A stretch of 64,000 nt of DNA from Vicugna vicugna (taxonomy: Eukaryota), in contig MU062841.1 in NCBI GenBank assembly GCA_013265495.1, positions 16,760,337 through 16,824,336 on the forward strand, read 5' to 3'. Both the position numbers and the translations under genes were made by a program. The notes under the pieces are model-generated. The model saw nothing but the letters and a program-made list of their open reading frames with translations, was not told the DNA's origin and did no database searches. Shown here piece by piece: positions 44,983 through 57,204 of the stretch; position 1 is the stretch's first letter, and each line of letters opens with the position of its first letter.

Positions 44983-45372
44983 TGTGTCCAGTTGGAGCCC
45001 AAACCTGTTTGGACTGATTAGGACCACCGACCCGCCAACTGCACATGTGTGAGTGTCCGCTTGGTGACCTTTGCCATCAGAGGACCAAGAACTCCACCCT
45101 CAGCTCGTGCTCACCGCCGTCTTCTGAACGCGCACCCCGTGAATACATGGTGCCTGCACCGAACTCGGATCGCCTCGTCTTTTGCTTATTTCCAATCACC
45201 GTTCCCCACACCCCCCACACCCCAGCCCGCCCTGCTCCTCAGCCCATAAATACCCCTCATCTGCGGGGAGGCGGGACTGGGGTCTGCGCTTCTGTCTCCT
45301 CCGCAAGCCCTTCGCCTTTTAGCGTCTGGCCTGCGCTTTTAGGGCAAAGCAAACGAACTTAGTTTAGTGATG
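44983..45372 (+). mobile_element. ERV1-class (MER4-group-like) LTR
   Basis: TG start; ctttgccatcagaggaccaagaactccaccctcag; ccaatca at about 45192; cccataaatacccc; cggggaggcggg; end gcaaacgaac..agtga. Confidence 0.6.
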
Positions 45373-45800
45373 CTCGAACCCTTTCCTCCACCCAGCAAGA
45401 GAGTCAACCTCAGGCCACCGGGGAAGACAAACTCCTCCTGTTTAAAATCTTTAGTTGCTCTTAATTCTTTCTTCCTCTCAGGCAGGTGGGCAGCTGCTAG
45501 ACCACCCTGCTTCCTTGTCCAAAGAATGCCCCTCACCTTCAGCAGGACGGGTCTGGAATTCGCTCTTGTCTCCCCGCTTTTCTGCCTGTGCCCTAAAGCC
45601 TTTCTCTGCTCAACTCCGCCTTTCAGCATCTGGCCTGCACTTTTAGGGCAAAGCAAACGAACTTAGTTTAGTGATGCTCGAACCCCTTCCTCTACGCAGT
45701 AAGAGTCAACCTCAGGCCACCTGGGAAGACGAACTCCTCCTGTTTAAAATCTTTAGCTGCTCTCAGTTCTTTCTGCTTCTCGGGCAGGTGGGCGGCTGCC
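45220..45800 (+). repeat. Tandem duplication of the LTR 3' end plus about 125 bp of downstream sequence
   Basis: 45313-45497 vs 45617-45799: 16 mismatches and a 2-bp gap by hand count (about 90%), with a 46-bp identical block; weaker similarity continues upstream. Confidence 0.9.
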
Positions 45801-46649
45801 CAAAGTGCCTGTTCACCTTCCCTGGAGCCATGGGGTCACCAGTGTGGGGCAGTGTGGAAGCTGCACGTCCTTGGCACAGGCCTTTGACCTCAGCAGAGCC
45901 AGCCCTCCACTTCAGTCACGCCCTGTGCGGGAGGAAGCGAATTGGGGTTGAGCGGGATGGCAGACGCTTCCGCAGGGCTCGCTTCTGGGTCGGGCCATCC
46001 TGAGCACTGAAAGTAGCCTCCTTACCCCTCTCAACAACCCTGTGATGATCCCCAACTTAGAGGGAACCAAAAACAGCCCCGTTTGCTGAAAGTTGACTTC
46101 GCGCCATGCTCGGCACTGGGCTAACCTGAAGTCCGAGGTCGCAGGTGCCCGAGAAGTGCTGGGCTTCTGTCTCCCCAAGTCTGGGTCTGAGTCCTTCCAG
46201 GGTGGGAGGGTGGGTGGGAAATTCTACGGTGGTTATTCCTGTTACCCACCCTCCCCTGGCCCACTAGGGAACCTCGGTTTCCCGGTGCATCCGTGGTGCC
46301 CAGAACTGAGGCCAGGCCATGGTGGGCGTCCCCACGCTCTGTGCTGGGGGGGCTTCCGTGTTTTCTGCCTCTAAGCTCCATGGAGAGCACGGGTCACCGC
46401 CAGACAGGGAGCCCTGCCCAGGGCTGCACGCCCGGGGGTCTTGCCTCGGGGCTGGGGGGTGCTCACAACTGGGGGCCCCCAACTGCAACCTCACCCATGT
46501 GTGAGGCAACTCCACTGTTCCCTCTTACTGGTCTCAAAAGCAGCGTCCCCTCCTGCTGCCCCTGCAGAGCACCTGGTCAGATGGGGATGGACCCCCAGAG
46601 AACAGGCCGAGTGAGCACCGTGATGCTCAGTGTTGCCACACGTGCACCA

Positions 46650-46815
46650 GCTCATCTAGCCCCACGGCAACCTCAGCTCCATTTTATAGATGGAGACGCT
46701 GAGGTTAAAAACTGTTAAATGACTTACCCCTGTTAAGTCTTGAGTTGTTAGTCTCAACTTAAGGATGGTGGGGAGCTGAACCCAGGTCTGTCTTAATCAT
46801 GCCTTCAGTCTAACA
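46650..46815 (-). mobile_element. MIR
   Basis: ccattttatagatggagacgctgaggtt..gttaaatgacttaccc..gctgaacccaggtctgtct. Confidence 0.65.
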
Positions 46816-48799
46816 CCGAAAACAGACCCCTAGAAGCTGGCTTCCCTCTCCTTCACTCCCCCCCCAGAGATGCCTACGAGGCTCCCTACCGGCCCGCCAG
46901 AGCCATTTCCCGTCCCCCGTCCCACCCTGCTGCATGGCCTCCCTCCTCCCTTCAGGAAGAACGGCATTAAAGGCTAGACTCTGCCAATTTCACTGAAAAC
47001 TAGGGTCAGCTGGGCCCAGGCCTCAGACCTGCCCCGCTGGTACCTGCCCCGCTGGCTTCTGGGTGTGAGGGGTGCCCCGGGGGCTGCGGTTGTGCAGGCC
47101 GGTGCTCCAGGGAGGCTGTAAGAGGGCGCTGGGCCTGGAGCCAAGCTGGGGGGCAGGAAGCTGTTCCCCTGAGCTCCCAGACTGACTGCTTCTCCGAACT
47201 ATAATCTCTTTGTGGTTAAAAAGCAGGGTTTTGAGGAGCCGGGCTGCTCTGAAGGGCTGGGTTGGTGGCAGCGAGCTCACCCCCCGGATTAAACAGATGG
47301 GCCGAGGGCACAGGCTGAGGCGCTGGGCCCCCTGGCCGTGGAGGGGGGCTGCCTGCCTTCCTGGCACCACAGCTGAGCTCGGCCAGGATGCTCGTGGGGG
47401 CTGAGACACCTGTTTCACTTTAGAGGAAAAAAACCCAAAAAGCCGGGAGGAATGCAGCAATGTTAGAAGGAGGCTGGGCAGGACGGCCTCGGGGGTCCAG
47501 GAAGCTCCCAGCTCCCTCCCCAGTACCTGACTGCAGGAAGTCAGCTTGTCTGAAGGTAGAAAGGGTTCCTTACGCGTGTGGGCTGCCGCGAGCTCTGGTC
47601 TGCAGTGAGGGCAGTTTGAGGCCTTGAATTTTACACCGTCGGGGTGAAAATCTTTAACCGGAAGAGGAGCAGAGGAACAGGCCCACAGAGAGGTGTCTCG
47701 TCTGTGTCCTTGAGGGTCTCTAACCGGGGAGGGGTCGTAAATGAAACCAACGTAGGGGCTGCTGGAGGAACCAAGGAGTGGAGAGGATGTGGGGAGGGGG
47801 CCTTGAGCTCGAGGAAGGCGGAGACGAGGCCAGCAGCATGGAGGCGCCTGTCCTGTGGGCTCTGGGCCCTCAGGGAGGCCATGGCGTGAGGCCGGTGGCT
47901 GGAAGTGGGCTATCTGATCAGTGGAGGGCACACAAACGCTGGTGGGCTCTGAAAACGGTGAAGCCCAGGCCTGTCCCTCCCCCTCACAGACACGGACCCC
48001 GGGGCCCTAGGAACGCGCCTGCCCGGGACCTGCGTGGGGAGAGGCAGGTGCAGGCAGGAGCTGGGGCTTCCCCAAGGTCTCGTGGGGCTGGCAGGGGGTG
48101 GGGGGCCTCCCTGCTTGCTTCCTTCCGGGGAGTGACTGGAGCCATCTTTTTCCACCTCAAGCCCCTTCTGTCCTCCTTGCCCCTGGCCGGGGGGTGGTTC
48201 TGGGTAAGGCACAGTAAAGTGAAGACACGCCATCAGCTGAACAAAGCAGCCAAGCGATGTTTGGCAGAGGTGAGGGTGGCTGTGGGGCCTGCACCACAGA
48301 GCCAGGAAGGCCGCTGTCACCACTCAGGGACCCAGTGGAGAGGGCGGGGAGGGGAAGCAAAGGCGTGTTGTCCCAGGGGTGGACAGTCAGAAACAGACCC
48401 GCCTCAAGGGGAGCTCAGCAGGTGACTGGGAACACCTCCCGTCACCAGGAGGGGACGCCCAGAGGCCAAGGGCACCTGGTGGCTGACCGTTGCTCATGGC
48501 CGCGCCCCTCGCGCACCGGGTGTGCCCTGTTGGGTTACAGAAAGGACAGCTGACCACGGAGACACCTGCATCACACTTCCGTGATGTCAAGGTGGGGAAG
48601 GTTCCTTGACGGGGTCCAGAACCACACCCACAGAGGAGAAGGCTGACAAGGGCATCTGGTTACGAGTGAAGGGCTTCAGTAATGCCAACGCCAAACAAAA
48701 GCCACTGACTTAAAATGCTGACAAATTACCTTTTCTATGCGGAAAGCTTCAAGTCGCCCCTGAGGTTGAAGGAAAACCTGTGTTGGGCCCCCTGGGTTA

Positions 48800-49100
48800 G
48801 GGCAGGGCACCCTCGTCACTGGCCAGATCCGCCTGTCTCCTGTTTCTGTATCACCTCCGAGCTAAGGGCGATTTTTGTTTTTAAAATGGTTGAAAAAAAT
48901 TAAAGAAAAATGGCATTTTGTGACCCCCGAAAATTACCCGAACTTGAAGTTGTCGTGTCCCTAAACTTCCTCGGAAGCAGACCCGTTCTTTTATGAATTG
49001 TCTGGCGCCTCTGCGACACGTTTCGTGTTCCGGCGCGCGTGCAGTCCCAGTGCAGGCCAAACACTCACTATCCGGCCCATCAGGGAGACATTCGACCTCC
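48800..49100. mobile_element. MER58B-like hAT-Charlie
   Basis: ggccagatcc..cgagctaag..tttaaaatggttgaaaaaaattaaagaa..gaaaatta..actatccggccc matches recalled MER58B along its length. Confidence 0.8.
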
Positions 49101-50439
49101 GACAGACTCGGCAGTTAATGTCTTACTGCACGTGTTTTATTACGTGTTCATCCAGCTACAAACATTGCGAACCAGACGCTAGCAGGAGGCCAACACGCGG
49201 CGCCGGCAGAGAAGCAGCGCCCGGACTTCTGTGAGGTGTGAGGGCCGGGGGTCAGGCGGGCGGCCGCTCTGCCCCTCCACCTGGGCGGCGCGTGCGTTTG
49301 GAGTCGCCTTGACAGGAAGACGGTCGCTGCTGGTGGCTCTTCTGGTCCTCCTGGTGGTGGACGGGGCTCGCTGGATGCTGTGAACGTGGAGAGTTCCCGT
49401 CGTGCGTAATTCTGTGCTGGAAGCTTACCTGACTCTGTGGACTTCATGCTCCAAGGACCCGAGCCCACGCAGCCGCTTTGTGCGCCCGGTGCCCAGCACA
49501 GTGGGCGCACCTGACCTCCGTCACCGAGTTACACGAATGAATAACTGACTCCCAGGCAGGAGGGAGTCACCAACCCCTTCTGGCCAGAGTAGTTATTGCC
49601 CTTGCTTGCCTGTGGCAGGATTCTCTGGACCAACCAGGGGAGACTGGAGGGGAGGGGAGGTGCCAACTAGCCTCCATCCTGGTGGGAGCTGCGCACACGG
49701 GGGCGCTGTGGGATGTGCCCCGCCCCCCGGGAGGGCAGGTAGTTCCCCCGAGTCACCATCACATCGGGAGGAGGGGCCGCGCCCCTCCTGCAGGCGTCAC
49801 CTATACCATTTTGGCTTTCTAGGTGGCTTGTGAAAACAAGCTTCAAAATAGTTCCGTAAAAGGCAATGTGATTGCAAACAGGTGTCCCGAACGCATAACA
49901 TGGTCTCCTGTTTCTGAGTAACTTTTTAAAAAAAAGAACAGAAGAGCCGTTGGTCTGGGGTGGCGAAAAGGGTCACAGAAGCGGCGTAACTGGGTGATTC
50001 CCGAGAGGCTCGCAGGGCACCCGGCTCCAGGTGCCGGCCCCTCCGCCGCCTCTGTGACAGTGATCGCAGAGCTGCCTCCCCCCGGCGCCGAAAATTAACT
50101 GGGCGTCCCCTTGGGGGACGTCCTTTTGGCTACGTTTGTTTTCTTTTCCATTTTGGCGAGTCGGAGAGGCTGGGTGTGCTGCCCACTCGCCCAACAGCCC
50201 TTGACACGGGAGAGGAGCGTCCTCTCCGTTCGTGGATTCACTTGCTCAGGAATCTCACGCTTGTGGCTGGTCCTGTGCGGGGGTGGGGGGTGGCTGAACC
50301 CGAGGGGCTCCTGATTGTCCAGGCGTAGCAATTCCACTCTCCTCGCCGATGTCTGGTTTGAAAACGATCCTGTAACTCACTTTGGGCTGATGAGGCGTGA
50401 GGGCACATCTTTTGAGCTTCTGGGAAAGAGCTCTAAAAA

Positions 50440-50580
50440 TGGACATGAGGGCTCTCTTTCAGGGTGGTGACAATGTTTTGGAACTGGACACTAGGCATTG
50501 TGAAGGTACTCAATGGCTTTGACTTGTGCACTTCAAAATGGTGACTTTTATGTGGATTTCATTTAAAAAAAAGCAAATAA
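50440..50580 (+). mobile_element. L1M 3' end
   Basis: ggtggtgacaatgttttggaactgga..tgtgaaggtactc..gtgcacttcaaaatggtgacttttatg then A-rich. Confidence 0.7.
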
Positions 50581-50809
50581 TGGACATGAAAGAGGGTCCT
50601 CTGCCTTCCTGGTCTTTTCCTAATGCCACGTGAGGATGCCAGCCTGGAACCTCAGCAGCCATTTTGTGCCCATAGGGCCCCAGACTGGAGACAGACATCA
50701 GCGTGCCGAGGCCGGCAGGAGCAAAGGTGGAAAGAATTAGCCTTGAGTGCACACAGGAGCTGTGAATTAGCGAACCCTGAGATACTCCTGTCCTTCAGAG
50801 TCTCTCAAA

Positions 50810-50960
50810 CTTCTAACATGGTCATCCTTCTTCTGAAGATATACACTAATCAAATGCCTCATTTATATCAGCGATGGTCTGGAAACAAGCTAAATGTGCA
50901 ACAGCAGGGGAGTGCTTAGGAAAGTGGGAAGTCCATTTGCAGGACTATCGGGGAGCTGTT
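50810..50960 (+). mobile_element. L1ME-like fragment
   Basis: tggaaacaagctaaatgtgcaacagcaggggagtgc. Confidence 0.55.
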
Positions 50961-51184
50961 AGGCGTTATGGGGTGACGTGAACTTCACGTAGAGGGGGCA
51001 ACACTCCAAGCTGGGTGCACGCTGGTTGTGAGCTGCAGGACGACCACACGTACTAGAGGAGCCAGAGCCTGAGCCATGTCTGTGTGAGGATCCAGGCATC
51101 ACCGAGCATCCAGGTCCTCTCATGGGGGTGGCGCCCAGGGGTGCACAGCGGGCGCTGGCATGCGGACCCCTCCTCGGAGCCCAG

Positions 51185-51541
51185 CTCAACGCCAGCCCGG
51201 CCAGCCTCGACGGTCTGCAGGCTCACCGCCGTGTGCTTCCCCGCAGCTCTGGAGGCTGAGAGGCTGCAGTCAAGGTGTCGGCAGGGTCGGCTTCCTCTGA
51301 GGTCACTTGACTTGCTCTTAGATGGCCGCCTGCCCCGTGTCCTCACCTGATCCTCCCTCTTTGGGCCTGTGGGTCCTCCTGTCCCTTCCTTATAAGGAAC
51401 CCAGTCCCATTGGTTAGCGCCCACTTGTTTTAAGTTACGTATCCCCATAAAGACCCTACCTTCCCATACGGCCACATTTGGAGGTCCTGGGGTTAGGACT
51501 TGAACGTGTGATTTTAGGGGGACATGAGTCAGCCCATCACA
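51185..51541. mobile_element. MaLR LTR, MLT1B/C-like
   Basis: ctctggaggctgaga..caaggtgtcggcagggtcggcttcctctgagg..ttataagga..aaagaccctac..ggggttaggacttgaac..cagcccatcaca. Confidence 0.85.
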
Positions 51542-51596
51542 GAAGACTGGGATCAACACGAAGACGCCCCCCCCCCCCCGCTGGTGGGAACCCAGG

Positions 51597-51670
51597 CCCC
51601 TACAAAAGGGGAAGAGAAGGGAAATCCCAGCACCCAGTGCCCCTACTAAAGGGAAAGAGAAGGGAAATCC
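51597..51670. repeat. Imperfect about 43-bp tandem duplication
   Basis: cccctac.aaaggg.aagagaagggaaatcc x2. Confidence 0.8.
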
Positions 51671-51989
51671 AGACCAGCCAGGGCTGCCTGCGACGGGCAC
51701 ACAGCCAGAGGACACCCCGACCCTCTGGCCTCCCGAGCACAGCCCTGTGGGGCCTGCCCCTCCCAGCTGCCAGCTCTCGGGCAGCCTCGAGGCTAATTGC
51801 TTGGCAAGGATGCCACCAGGGGAGAGTAAAGGCCTGGAGCCGGCTCTGGGCTGCAAGATAGGGCGTCTCCAGCCCAGAGCTTATCAGCACACGGCTGGGT
51901 CGGGATCCGGTAATTAGAACAACATGCCCAGAGCAGCACGGGCATCTGCCCGCCCGCTCACGCCCCCAGACGGCCGCCGGCTGGCAGCT

Positions 51990-52190
51990 TCAGAAAAAGA
52001 AGAAATTCCAGTAAGGGATTAATGACTTAATTATAAATGTGGCTTGGAAATGGAAAGGTTGCTAAGAGAAGGAAAAGATACATGCTAATAAGGACACGCT
52101 GTTAACAACGGAATAAAGACTCGTTGTTGGCGCCGCTGTAAACTTTTCCAAGTTGGGTAATAAAAACCACCCGGCCTTGGGAGGGCTGGC
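51990..52190. promoter_or_regulatory. Candidate homeodomain enhancer
   Basis: GGATTA 52016-52021, TTAATTAT 52027-52034, TAATAAAA 52158-52165 in an AT-rich island. Confidence 0.3.
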
Positions 52191-52594
52191 TGCCGCGGCA
52201 GCTAGCGCGGCGTCCTCCCCACTGCTGGTCACGCTCCCTGCAGGCAGGGGTTTGCTGTACAATCGGCCAACAGGCCTCGAACCACCTAGGAAGTGCTGGG
52301 TCTGTGCCCATTTGTCAGAAGGGCACACCGAGGCTTGGGGCAGTCATCAGGTGTTGTCAGGCCCACGGGGTGAGTCTGACTCAGAGCATCTGAAGGCCCA
52401 TCAATGGGAGAACCAGACAGAGCCAAAAGGAAGCAGGGATTCTGGGAGGGGACTTCAGCCATCGCAGGTCAAAGACACGGTCCTCCCACCCTCGAGGCTA
52501 TAGATGTCGCCCCGAGCTCGGAGCACGGCGGCTGCGGTGGTGGCCTGTCACTCACCCACCGGAAGACTGTCGCTTGGAGTGGTTCCCTGTGTCA

Positions 52595-52750
52595 GGGGTT
52601 ATCAGAGGTGCATTATCCACATGAAGTTCATCTTTACAAACCTCTTAGGGAGCATTACTGTCTCCCCGTGTCCCTGACAAAGAAACAGGCTCAGAGAGGC
52701 TGAGAAGTGTGCCCCAGGGCCCGGAGCTGCCGGGGCAGAGCCAGGACGCA
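52595..52750 (-). mobile_element. MIR
   Basis: aagaaacaggctcagagaggctgagaagtgtgcccca. Confidence 0.6.
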
Positions 52751-53299
52751 CAGCGTGGGAGCAGAGGCCGAAAGGACCCCGGGCACCGAGCTGCTTTCCT
52801 GCTTAGACCAGAGGCTCCTGGAGGGCAGGGCCTGGCCCTCCTCACACACGTCTCAGACGCAGCACTCCAACCTCAAACCCTGGAGAAGCTTCTGCAGGGC
52901 CTGGGTCACCAAGTCAAGCTTCTCTGTTAGCTGTGCCTGCGTGTCTGTCCCACTGCTTGCCCCGGAAGCGGCTTCCCAGAGTTTTCTAGAGGGCTCAATG
53001 CTCTGGGCAGCCATCTGAGGGCTGATGGAATGTGGGGAGGAGGGGGCAGCTCATCCCACCTTCGCCTTCTCTCTTCTGCCCCCAGTGTAGGAATCCTGGA
53101 ATTCAGTGGCGTGGAGCAGATCCTGGCAGGTGGTGTCGGGGTCCCGGGTCCCCGGGGACTGGGTGGATGGCCCTACGGGATGGCTGCGGGGCAGCCAGGC
53201 ACTCTAGGGAGAGGGGAGGAAAGGTCCCCCCGAAGGAGATGGGAGGCAGAAGGTTCTCGGGCTCAGCCAGCCCGTCCCATGATGTCTGCCCTGTTCACC

Positions 53300-53350
53300 T
53301 GGGGACCTAGTGCCTGGCACACAGTGGGTGATCAGCACGCACCAGTGGAA
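53300..53350 (+). mobile_element. L2 3' end fragment
   Basis: cctagtgcctggcacacagtgggtgatcag. Confidence 0.55.
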
Positions 53351-53604
53351 TGTGCAGCGTGTCAGAAGAGCAGCCTTAAGGTTGCTCAAGCTCGGCAGCG
53401 CTTGACCCCCTTAGCAATGCTGGGATCTGCTGCCAGCTTGCACCCCTCCAAGGACAAAGCGCTCCCTCCATCCTGGGGCGGCCCGTGCACAGTGGTCAGA
53501 GACTCTTCACGTCCTGAGCTGGAGCCCACCCCTCTCACCACTGCGCCCGTGCCCTCAGAGCCACCAGAGCCAGTGTGCTGGATCCACAGGAGACAGCAGA
53601 GCCG

Positions 53605-53685
53605 CTTCCCTGAGCTGTGTGATCCTGCCACACTTCTGAGCCTCTCTGAGCCCCAGCTTCCTCATCTATGGAATGTGGAGAACAC
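53605..53685 (+). mobile_element. MIR fragment
   Basis: agctgtgtgatcct..cctctctgagccccagcttcctcatctatggaatg. Confidence 0.6.
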
Positions 53686-54084
53686 CTTGCTGTCAAAGGT
53701 GGACACACTTACACACAGCCACCCGGCACCAGATGGACTGCCTCCTTCAGGTGCTCCAGTGCCCACCGGCTCCTCCCAGACCGAGCACCCAGTCCCCGCT
53801 TGTGAGTGGCCTGACTTGTCATGGTGCCCAGTGGACCCCCCATCTTGGCTCCTCTCGTCCCCGGCCAGGCCCGGGGCTCAGACTGACCCCAACACGGGGC
53901 ATCTCTGGTCTACCCTGCTCCCCAAGGCCATGCCCGCCAGCCCTTCCGGCTGCCCCAGGAACTGCCACTGGGGGAAAGGGGGAGAGAATGAGGAAGGGAC
54001 GGGGCTTCTGGGGACACCCAGTAGGGGAGCACCCAAGAGGGAGGAAACGAGTGTGGGCCCAGCTGTGCTGGGGTGGAGCCCAGT

Positions 54085-54215
54085 CTCCGGTTCTGGTCAG
54101 CCTCCTCTGAGCCTCGGTTTCCCCGTCTGTAAAGTGGTGATAGCTCTTCATTTGCGGGTTGCTGTGGAGACCGTCTGCAGCGGTCCTGGCTGAACAGTGC
54201 TGTTTCCATTGTTAA
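54085..54215 (+). mobile_element. MIR fragment
   Basis: ctctgagcctcggtttccccgtctgtaaagtgg. Confidence 0.65.
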
Positions 54216-56739
54216 GTGTGCGCTCAACTGCCGTGGCACCTGATTGAGGGGCCTGGGGCCTTTCTGCTTTGCTTTGTTTAACTAGTATTTTTGAAGAGAC
54301 CTTTGGAACCCAGCAGGAGTCCTGGCCCCAAACCAGGCCTCAGGCAAGAGGGCGCTCAGGCCTCCCAGCTCCAAGGCCTGCAGGTCTGTCCCTCCGGGCC
54401 GTGGCCCCGGGCCAGCTCCAGCCCAAAGCGGGTCAGCCCTGCCATCAGCTGTCTCCCGGGAAAGGGGGGATTGGCAGGGGCAGAAGAAGGGGCGAGAGCA
54501 AAGGAAAGGCTGGGGGCGGGGGGGCGGCTCCTCTGAAACGGGGAACTGGCGAAGTCTCCCTCTGATTAGACTGGCTGCAGTTTTAATCAGTTTCCTCACC
54601 AAAGCCTGTTTGCATGTTTTCTATCATCCAGCCAACACGTTAATTAGGAGCTTAATACTGATAATGACTTTCACTTTGGGGACGTTAAGAGGGAGGGGCG
54701 GAAAGGTGGAGGGGGCAGCCTGGGGTCGGGCAGGTGGGCCTGCAGCGCGGGCCGCGTCTGGGCCCCACCCCGGCGCCTGGCCGCCGGGCCGGCTCCTCAC
54801 CAAGCCTCCGTCCCCTCACCTGCACCGGGAGGGCCGACGGTTCCTCCCCGCGAGCCGGCCCAGAGCAGGTCGGGGGAGTGCTGCTTCCCGGCTCCTGCCC
54901 TGCCTGCGTTCCCCGCGCCTCGGCACTGCCTGGGGTCCCCACTGCACCCTAGCAGGGAGCAGAGCAGGGGAGGGGTGGGAGCCCGAGGGGCCCTGAACCC
55001 CTCTGAACACCCAGCTTGACGCCCAGAGCCCCACGCAGGGAGCACCCCAGCCGGTCTCAGGCTGAGCGCCAGCTGTCCTTCCTGTCCCCTGAGGCCTGGG
55101 GGTGGGGCGGGGGGGCTCCTGCGAGTCCACATTGTTTCCACCTTGCAGCCGAGGCTGTCCAGAGCCAGTGCGCCCCTGGCCCCCCCATCACAGGAGTCCC
55201 CCAGGGCATGAGGAACCAGGCCCCCCACTGCACACCCTCCCGTCTGGTTCCCAGGAAGGCACCTCCTCCCAACTCATGATCACATACCAGGAAGGAACCT
55301 TAGACATCAGCCAGCCAGCCTCCGCCCTCCCTGGCATCGTAGCCAGCCTCAGCTCGTACATTCTGTGACAAGGCCCTCACACCCACTGCTGCTGCCTGGC
55401 CACCAGGCAGCTTGGGTTCCTCTTTGCTTGGGGATAAGATACTCCTGGTTTGCAGCGTTAAGTCACTGGACCCAGCCCGGCCCTCCCAAGACACAGGTGT
55501 AGGCTCTCCTCCATCAGGGAAGTTCACGCGGAGCAATTTGAAGCCAGCTGTCCTGGGCCCCTGGGTCTTCCTTTCAGGCTCTGTGGCCGCAGCCTCCAGA
55601 CGGGGCCTGGCAGGCCTGGTGCTGCAGCTGTGGGTGCTTCGCGAACACCCACGATGCGCCAGGCACCGAGTCCAGGCACCCTCCACAAGCGTGTCTGAGC
55701 CCGAGCCCTCCCCGCGAGCTTGCCAGGCAGGGCTCGGTCTCCCCTCTTCACAGCCGAGAGAATGAAAGCTCAGAGCCCTGAGCATTATCTGAGGCTTCTC
55801 ATGACTTAGTCACCAGGAGAGGCTCGGCCTCGTCTTAGTGTCGCACCCCACGGTCTTCCTAAAAGAACCCCCGGGATGGTTCATGCAGCTGCTTCTCATC
55901 CAAGCTGCGTGCAGGGAGCCCTGCCATCTTCCCCATTCTGAGGGGAGCCTGAGCCTCGCAGACGTCAGGGACATCGCCCTTGGTCCGGGACTGCCCTCGG
56001 GGCAAGAACCGCCAGCCTCTTGGGACCCTCGCAGGGCACCGCCCACCAGTCCGGGGGCTTGGATGACGCTGGCTTATCGCATTTGCAGGGGGGCGGTGGA
56101 GCTGGTCCCCCAGTGAGGACTGGCTCCTCCTCTCCTGGCCCCTCTTTAAAGTCCCCGGCCCATCTCTGCAGCTCACCTTCAGGGAGAGGCTGGTGAACCC
56201 TTTTAACTGCAGCCAGAGGACTTGGCCATGTTCCATTGCCCGGGGTCAGACGCGTTGCGCACCTCCCAGCCAGCCACAGACAAGGCGATTACGAGCTAAT
56301 TAACTCTGGTTCCAGAACCCCAGGTGAGCACTGACCAGGGGTAACCCTGAAGGCGGCTCCCGGGAAGGCGTGGGAGCAGGGACCCACCTCTCCTTTATGG
56401 TCACAAAAGAGGGATTCTTTTAAATGGCAGGGGGCCCTGACTCCTCCGCTGGCCTGCGGTCGTTACCCGGTGGCTGGAACAGGGTCTTGGACCACAGAGG
56501 GTCAGGCTGGGGCCGTGGCTGTTGCAGAAAAGGAGACGAGCCCTGGGCGTGGGGTGCGCCCGGGCCTCCTGAGGGTCTGTGGCAGGCGGGGCAGGGGCGA
56601 CCGTCCGGCTGTGGGCCTCTGGCTCTTACCAGCTCGCAGAATCGGCAGAGGGGTTTGGGTTATTCGTTTGTTTGGTTTGCCTGGGGGTCCAGCCCTCTGC
56701 GCTGGCTGCCAACCAGGCTATTACCTGGCTTCTTCCAGA

Positions 56740-57010
56740 CACTCAAATTCTCTTCCTTTGATGACATTATTTATAGTTTAGATGTCAGGCCCAACTGCTG
56801 AGGGGTGCGGGGCCCCAGCACCGCTGCCTGGCACGTGGGGGGCCCCAGGTGAGGAGAAGCAGGGTAGGGGAGAGCTGGGGCGGGAGGGCCGCTGGTGGTG
56901 GCAGGCCCGTTGACTTGTTACGTAAACACCTCGTTCAGTTATTCGTCCTCCTCCCCACCCGCCGCTAATCACTCCTGACTGGCTGGTTCATGAATATTAA
57001 ACCCAGCTCC
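56740..57010. promoter_or_regulatory. Candidate enhancer module
   Basis: CTTTGAT 56756-56762, TTATTTATAG 56767-56776, TTACGTAA 56918-56925 overlapping GTAAACA 56922-56928. Confidence 0.4.
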
Positions 57011-57204
57011 CCTGCCGGAGCATCCCAGTGGTGGCAAACTGGCCTCCAGGGGAGAGAGGAGGGTCCGAACCCCACCTTTAGTGGGTCCTGGAGCCTCAGA
57101 AGGAAGCCTTGGGGGCCTCCCTTCCGCGTACTTAACACGAGGTGGGCTCAGTCAGTCCACGGAGACAGGGCCTGCTTCTGTGGAGACACCAGAGCAGACG
57201 CAGA

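Noticed and set aside
47023-47931. 302-aa minus-strand ORF
   Set aside because: Low-information composition, no recognisable family, equally long overlapping frames on the other strand.
49429-49646. Minus-strand exon with CAG|GTAAGC donor
   Set aside because: Isolated match with no recognisable peptide; such donors are frequent by chance (others near 26930, 46726, 60736).
51053-51856. 267-aa minus-strand ORF
   Set aside because: Largely a translation of the MLT1 LTR.
53030-54193. Longest ORF, 387 aa
   Set aside because: Runs through an L2 tail and two MIR fragments; P/G/S-rich, no domain I recognise. Long open frames are expected at this GC content.
56296-56329. 8-nt microexon (CTAAT..TTCCAG|AACCCCAG|GTGAGC)
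   Set aside because: Not frame-preserving, weak pyrimidine tract, branch point very close; the TAATTA is better read as a homeodomain word.
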